A stretch of 64,000 nt of DNA from Clostridia bacterium (GTDB lineage Bacteria; Bacillota; Clostridia; UBA1212; DUPL01), in the NCBI GenBank assembly GCA_050951325.1, contig JBMNIW010000003.1:342969-406968 (forward strand), read 5' to 3'. Positions 60,012 to 64,000 of this stretch are shown here, in pieces. The position numbers were made by a program, and so were the translations under genes. The stretch's first letter is position 1. Every line of letters starts with the position of its first letter. The notes below the pieces were generated by a model. It was not told the origin of the DNA. It ran no database searches and saw only the letters and a program-made list of their open reading frames with translations.

Positions 60012-60109
60012 ATGTTCACTCCATCTTTCTTTATACTACAAAAGGTTACAACAAGGGACTCCACCCCATTAGTTGCAACCTTCATCAGTCTTGATTTTTG
60101 CAAGATACG

Positions 60110-60493
60110 TTATTTATCTTTATCAAAAAACTCTCTAACAATTTGTATCACACTAACAACAGCACTGGCTACGGCAGTTATAACGCCGGCCGGCCCCTCT
60201 GGTGACGTAAACGTACCTACAACTCCTCCAACATCAGATACAACATCATTTGCAACATCTGATATATCTCTAACATTCTCCAATGTTTCTGATGCATTCT
60301 TTGCAATCTTTGGCATCTCCTCCAAAGTATCGTTGATGGCATCCTCCTGTTCGTCCAGTATTCGGTTTACCTTGCTTATTGTCTTAATAAGTTTCAAAAT
60401 CAAAACTATGAGAAAAACAACAGCAAAAATAGATAATACCAGAAGCGTTCCGACCAACAGACCTCTTAGTGTAAAAGTAATCTCATTATCCAT
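60110..60493 (-). CDS. YtxG/DUF948-like membrane coiled-coil protein
   Basis: N-terminal TM then heptad-like helix; follows ytxH-like gene. Confidence 0.65.
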   Translation of the reverse strand: MDNEITFTLRGLLVGTLLVLSIFAVVFLIVLILKLIKTISKVNRILDEQEDAINDTLEEMPKIAKNASETLENVRDISDVANDVVSDVGGVVGTFTSPEGPAGVITAVASAVVSVIQIVREFFDKDK

Positions 60494-60523
60494 TTACGTC
60501 ACCAACCTTTCCTTTTACTACTA

Positions 60524-60847
60524 TTACTCCTCTACAGTTTCAACCTGAACAGTTTCAACTTCTTCTTCCTTGGCTGGCTTCGCAATCTTTTCCTTTACCG
60601 CACTAACAGCACGGTTGGTCGTGTCTTTAACCTTCGTAGCAATTTCGCCAGTCTTCATCTTGATATCCTCACGTGTTTCCTTGCCAGACTTTGGAGCCAA
60701 CAAGATACCAGCTGCTGCACCAATTGCGGCACCTGCTGCAACACCTGCTGCAACACCTGCAGTTTTCTTACGTTTTGCTTTTCTTTCTGCACGCTTCTTG
60801 GATGTCAGCGGTAACATATCGTACAAGTTTGCCTTTCTTCTTGCCAT
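60524..60847 (-). CDS. YtxH-domain protein
   Basis: GAAIGAAAGILLAPKSGKETREDI. Confidence 0.9.
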   Translation of the reverse strand: MARRKANLYDMLPLTSKKRAERKAKRKKTAGVAAGVAAGAAIGAAAGILLAPKSGKETREDIKMKTGEIATKVKDTTNRAVSAVKEKIAKPAKEEEVETVQVETVEE

Positions 60848-60968
60848 GTTTCTCACTCCTTACAATATGATTTCTATTAGTAATATAAGCAATATTATTA
60901 TACCATGTGAGTCGTTAAAAAGCAAACAAGTGAATATATTATAGAAAAAGTACAAGGGGTGTACAAGT

Positions 60969-61940
60969 GTGATTGCAATACTAAGTTTTGCCTTTATTCT
61001 CCTGTTTGCCATATACTCTGAAGCCTGCATTCCTGCAGTAGGCTACACAATAAAACAATTTCTATTTATAACCTTACCATCATTATTGCCTTTTTATGTA
61101 ATTTCTAACATACTAATCAAATCAGGTTTTGCTGAAAAAATGGGAAAGAAATTTAATTTCTTAATGAAACCCGTTTTTGGAGTATCCGGTAACGGCATCT
61201 TTGCAGTAATTATAGGCATGATAAGCGGATATCCGGGAGGAGCCAAGGTAATTGCGGATATGTACGAAGAAGATAAAATATCACTGCATGACGCCCAGGT
61301 GCTATCCTCCTATACAAACAACACAGGCCCTCTATTCATGATAGGCGTGGTTGGTGCGGGACTATTGAAAAACGTAAAGTATGGCATTTTTCTTTTCCTG
61401 GTACATATCATATCCTCACTAATTATCGGAATGATTATTGGAAATATAAAAAGAAAGGATCTTGCTTGCGGTATCATCGGTTTCAAGTCGAACGTCCCTC
61501 CCAAAATATCAAGAACCCAATTCTTTAGAATACTGTCCGAATCCATCACAAACGCAACTTACACAATGCTTCCCATTGCAGGAACCATAATATTCTTCTC
61601 TTCCATCATCGCAGTATTTAATAGTACAGGAATATTCCCCTTTATTGTAAGCTTGGGCAAACCCTTTTCACTACATGAGCATCTAAAAGGGCTTGTTCCA
61701 GGTTTCTTTGAAATTACAACTGGTATAAACGTAATGAGTCTATCAAATGTTCAATTAAATACAAAGCTCACCCTAATTTCTCTCATGACAGGCTTTGCAG
61801 GCATTTCTGTACATACCCAGGTTATCGGTATACTGTCAAAGGCAAAAATAAGCTGCAGGCTCTACCTTACAGGTAAAGTCCTGCAGTCACTTTTGGCTGC
61901 GATATTAACCTTTATCCTTCTCCAATTTATAACTTTCTAA
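60969..61940 (+). CDS. ylbJ: Sporulation integral membrane protein YlbJ
   Basis: LPSLLPF, MKPVFGV, ISGYPGGAK, GPLFMIG, FFEITTG, FAGISVHTQV. Confidence 0.88.
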   Translation: MIAILSFAFILLFAIYSEACIPAVGYTIKQFLFITLPSLLPFYVISNILIKSGFAEKMGKKFNFLMKPVFGVSGNGIFAVIIGMISGYPGGAKVIADMYEEDKISLHDAQVLSSYTNNTGPLFMIGVVGAGLLKNVKYGIFLFLVHIISSLIIGMIIGNIKRKDLACGIIGFKSNVPPKISRTQFFRILSESITNATYTMLPIAGTIIFFSSIIAVFNSTGIFPFIVSLGKPFSLHEHLKGLVPGFFEITTGINVMSLSNVQLNTKLTLISLMTGFAGISVHTQVIGILSKAKISCRLYLTGKVLQSLLAAILTFILLQFITF

Positions 61941-63927
61941 GTATGGCAAATATGTTAGCTGCAATAGAGTCAGGCCTTATTACCATTCCGCCATAGTTTC
62001 CAGTTACGCAGTTGTGCGTATCAGGGAAGCAACCATCAAACAATCCTTGTACGTACTGCTCATATGTAGAAGGAATGTTGTGAGGCATCCATTTTTCCTC
62101 CCTGTGGTCAATTATCCATCTTAGAGCAGCACATGTTATACCCCTCTGGAACTTGAACCAGTCAATTTCCTTGTCAATTTCAGCCCAGTCTATTCCTCTG
62201 CTGGAAGAGTCAGCAAAGACAGAAAGAACCTCCCACTGTACATGGTCTCTAACCCAATTTGCAAAGTACCAGTCACTAGAGCACAGACAAGGCTTTGTGT
62301 TGTATTTCATAGGCATGTTCTCAGGCTCCCAAAGATGCGTAAACGGCAGTATTGACCTAATCCAATATATCGCCTTGTCAAGGTAATATCTTTCACCGGA
62401 CTCCCTGTAAAACTCATAAAATGCTATGGCTGCATGACCTGCAGCATATAGATTTGGAGCATGCAATGGAGTCTCCCAAAAATCTCCTCCTTCAGGTCTT
62501 GTAAAGTCGTCGCAAAAATCCAACGCTGCTTTTGCAGCCTCATAATATATCTTGTTACTGGTTTTCCTGTATATGTCGATCAGTTCAAGAGCTGGAACAA
62601 CACATATGTCAAGCGCAGTGTCATAGGCCTGACCCATGGGCGCACAGAACTCTCTAGCTACAATAAAGTCATCCTTGCTCTTATGCCTACCGTCAGGCTC
62701 AAATCTGAACGAACCGTCTTCCTTCTGCCAGGACAAAATCAATTTCCCTCGCTCGTTCCAGTCTCGCTCTCCTCTCTGTCTCGCCTCTTGCTTGTCTTCA
62801 CATACTTTAATCTTTTCTTTTAAATCCTTTGCAAGCTTTTCTTCAGGATATTCTTCCACATACCACCTTACAACATTAGGTACATAGAAACTAAATCCAT
62901 TTCTTTGTGCTACACCAAAACCTTTTTCATCATGCCATAGATTCGTATTGTAACGATTTGCCATCTTAACAAGCTGAGTTATGTAATAGTCTCTACTGTC
63001 GTTCACATCAATAAGGCCATGCCTCTTAACCCAGTCGACTACAGCATCCAAAGAGTTGCCTTTTGTCAGAAAAATCTCACTTTCAAACCTGACTATCTGA
63101 TGAAGATGCATCTCTAAAGGATATTCCGCATAGACCTGATTCTCATCTATTTCGCAACTAGCGCAGGGCAGCATAAGTCCCATAAGACTGTTATCCATTC
63201 TATCGACAAAATTAGGCACCGCATATACCGGTTGAGGATAATGAACTCTGTAGTTGAACCATCTGGTTGCCCATTTGTTCGGATTCCATGATAGGCCAAT
63301 CGCATCCCCTTCATGGGAAACAGTCATGCAGGGTATTGACACCTTGTTTGGATGCGGAGCAACCTTGTTGTACCAAGGTTCTCTGAACCAGTCGCTTCCA
63401 CTGGACCATTCCCTGTCAATAAGCCACTCAACTCCAGGGAAAATTCCATCCGTCTTGTCAACTCCAAAGGTGCCTTCACCCACCTTGAGCCATGGACCCC
63501 TGATATACTTCACATACATGTTAACCCCTGCGGTCAGGTAAGATTCCATCTTGACAACGGGCTCTTTCTTGTCCATTCTAAACACAACCCTGCCAGACAG
63601 ACATGTTTTGTCAAACGGATAATACATCCAAGGCGCAAAGGACGTTCCATCAAGCATTCCTTGCACATTCATGGACTTGACATCAAAAACCAATGAATAG
63701 GATTCTTCAACTTCAACTAGTTCATAAGTATCCGCCTCAAGACGCATTGGGATTTCCTGATCCCTGACAAGCAGTTCACCAAGGTGTTCAAGAATTGCCA
63801 TTAGCTTGCCTTCCTTAGTATAAATCTCACCATATCCCCATCCACTCAGTCTTTTATACATAACCAGCCTCATTGAACCATTGTCAAGAGTTACAGTTTC
63901 ACCTGTAGTCGCAGCATGTTTGTACAT
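61927..63927 (-). CDS. Uncharacterised protein, beta-sandwich plus probable (alpha/alpha) barrel
   Basis: 666 aa, no signal peptide; helical repeats ELIDIYRKTSNKIYYEAA and EFYRESGERYYLDKAIYW. Confidence 0.7.
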   Translation of the reverse strand: MYKHAATTGETVTLDNGSMRLVMYKRLSGWGYGEIYTKEGKLMAILEHLGELLVRDQEIPMRLEADTYELVEVEESYSLVFDVKSMNVQGMLDGTSFAPWMYYPFDKTCLSGRVVFRMDKKEPVVKMESYLTAGVNMYVKYIRGPWLKVGEGTFGVDKTDGIFPGVEWLIDREWSSGSDWFREPWYNKVAPHPNKVSIPCMTVSHEGDAIGLSWNPNKWATRWFNYRVHYPQPVYAVPNFVDRMDNSLMGLMLPCASCEIDENQVYAEYPLEMHLHQIVRFESEIFLTKGNSLDAVVDWVKRHGLIDVNDSRDYYITQLVKMANRYNTNLWHDEKGFGVAQRNGFSFYVPNVVRWYVEEYPEEKLAKDLKEKIKVCEDKQEARQRGERDWNERGKLILSWQKEDGSFRFEPDGRHKSKDDFIVAREFCAPMGQAYDTALDICVVPALELIDIYRKTSNKIYYEAAKAALDFCDDFTRPEGGDFWETPLHAPNLYAAGHAAIAFYEFYRESGERYYLDKAIYWIRSILPFTHLWEPENMPMKYNTKPCLCSSDWYFANWVRDHVQWEVLSVFADSSSRGIDWAEIDKEIDWFKFQRGITCAALRWIIDHREEKWMPHNIPSTYEQYVQGLFDGCFPDTHNCVTGNYGGMVIRPDSIAANIFAILRKL

Positions 63928-63958
63928 ATGTAAACCTCGCTTTCATAGATTTGTAATG

Positions 63959-63987
63959 ATTATAGAGCCCTTTATCCAAAAAGTCAA
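63959..63987 (-). promoter_or_regulatory. sigma-A promoter
   Basis: TTGACT-N17-TATAAT. Confidence 0.7.
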
Positions 63988-64000
63988 AATAAAAAGCGCC

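Noticed and set aside
60728-60762. 12-bp tandem repeat ACACCTGCTGCA
   Set aside because: Encodes the AAGV repeats of the YtxH hydrophobic segment; not a CRISPR or a switch.

Overview
A compact, AT-rich chromosomal window from a spore-forming Clostridia-like Firmicute (inferred from gene content). The core content is the 5' part of a UvrD/PcrA helicase, tRNA-Leu(GAG), tRNA-fMet, and the spoIIIAA-AH / asp23-amaP / nusB-xseAB-ispA-dxs-nadK-recN-spoIVB block, which here lacks tlyA, argR and spo0A. Also present are cinA, yggS-sepF, an SSS transporter-iorAB-paaK-ACT operon, metA, ytxH/ytxG-like genes, ylbJ, and a cobalamin riboswitch ahead of btuF. I saw no CRISPR array, prophage or intact mobile element. 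The strongest unexplained signal is an uncharacterised family of four cell-surface proteins (1600-2595, 8446-9531, 9607-10683, 44886-46220). They share one beta-rich domain but use different anchors: NPQTG sortase-type in one, Pro/Thr stalk plus TM helix in three. One copy is split by a single in-frame TAG, and the tandem pair sits head-to-head with a YfhO/GT2 glycosylation module. Smaller oddities include a decayed XRE helix-turn-helix relic beside tRNA-fMet, a promoter firing into a terminator/operator palindrome ahead of the aryl-acid operon, and a Shine-Dalgarno separated from its start codon by a GNRA hairpin. All calls come from motif recognition by eye; no database searches were run.
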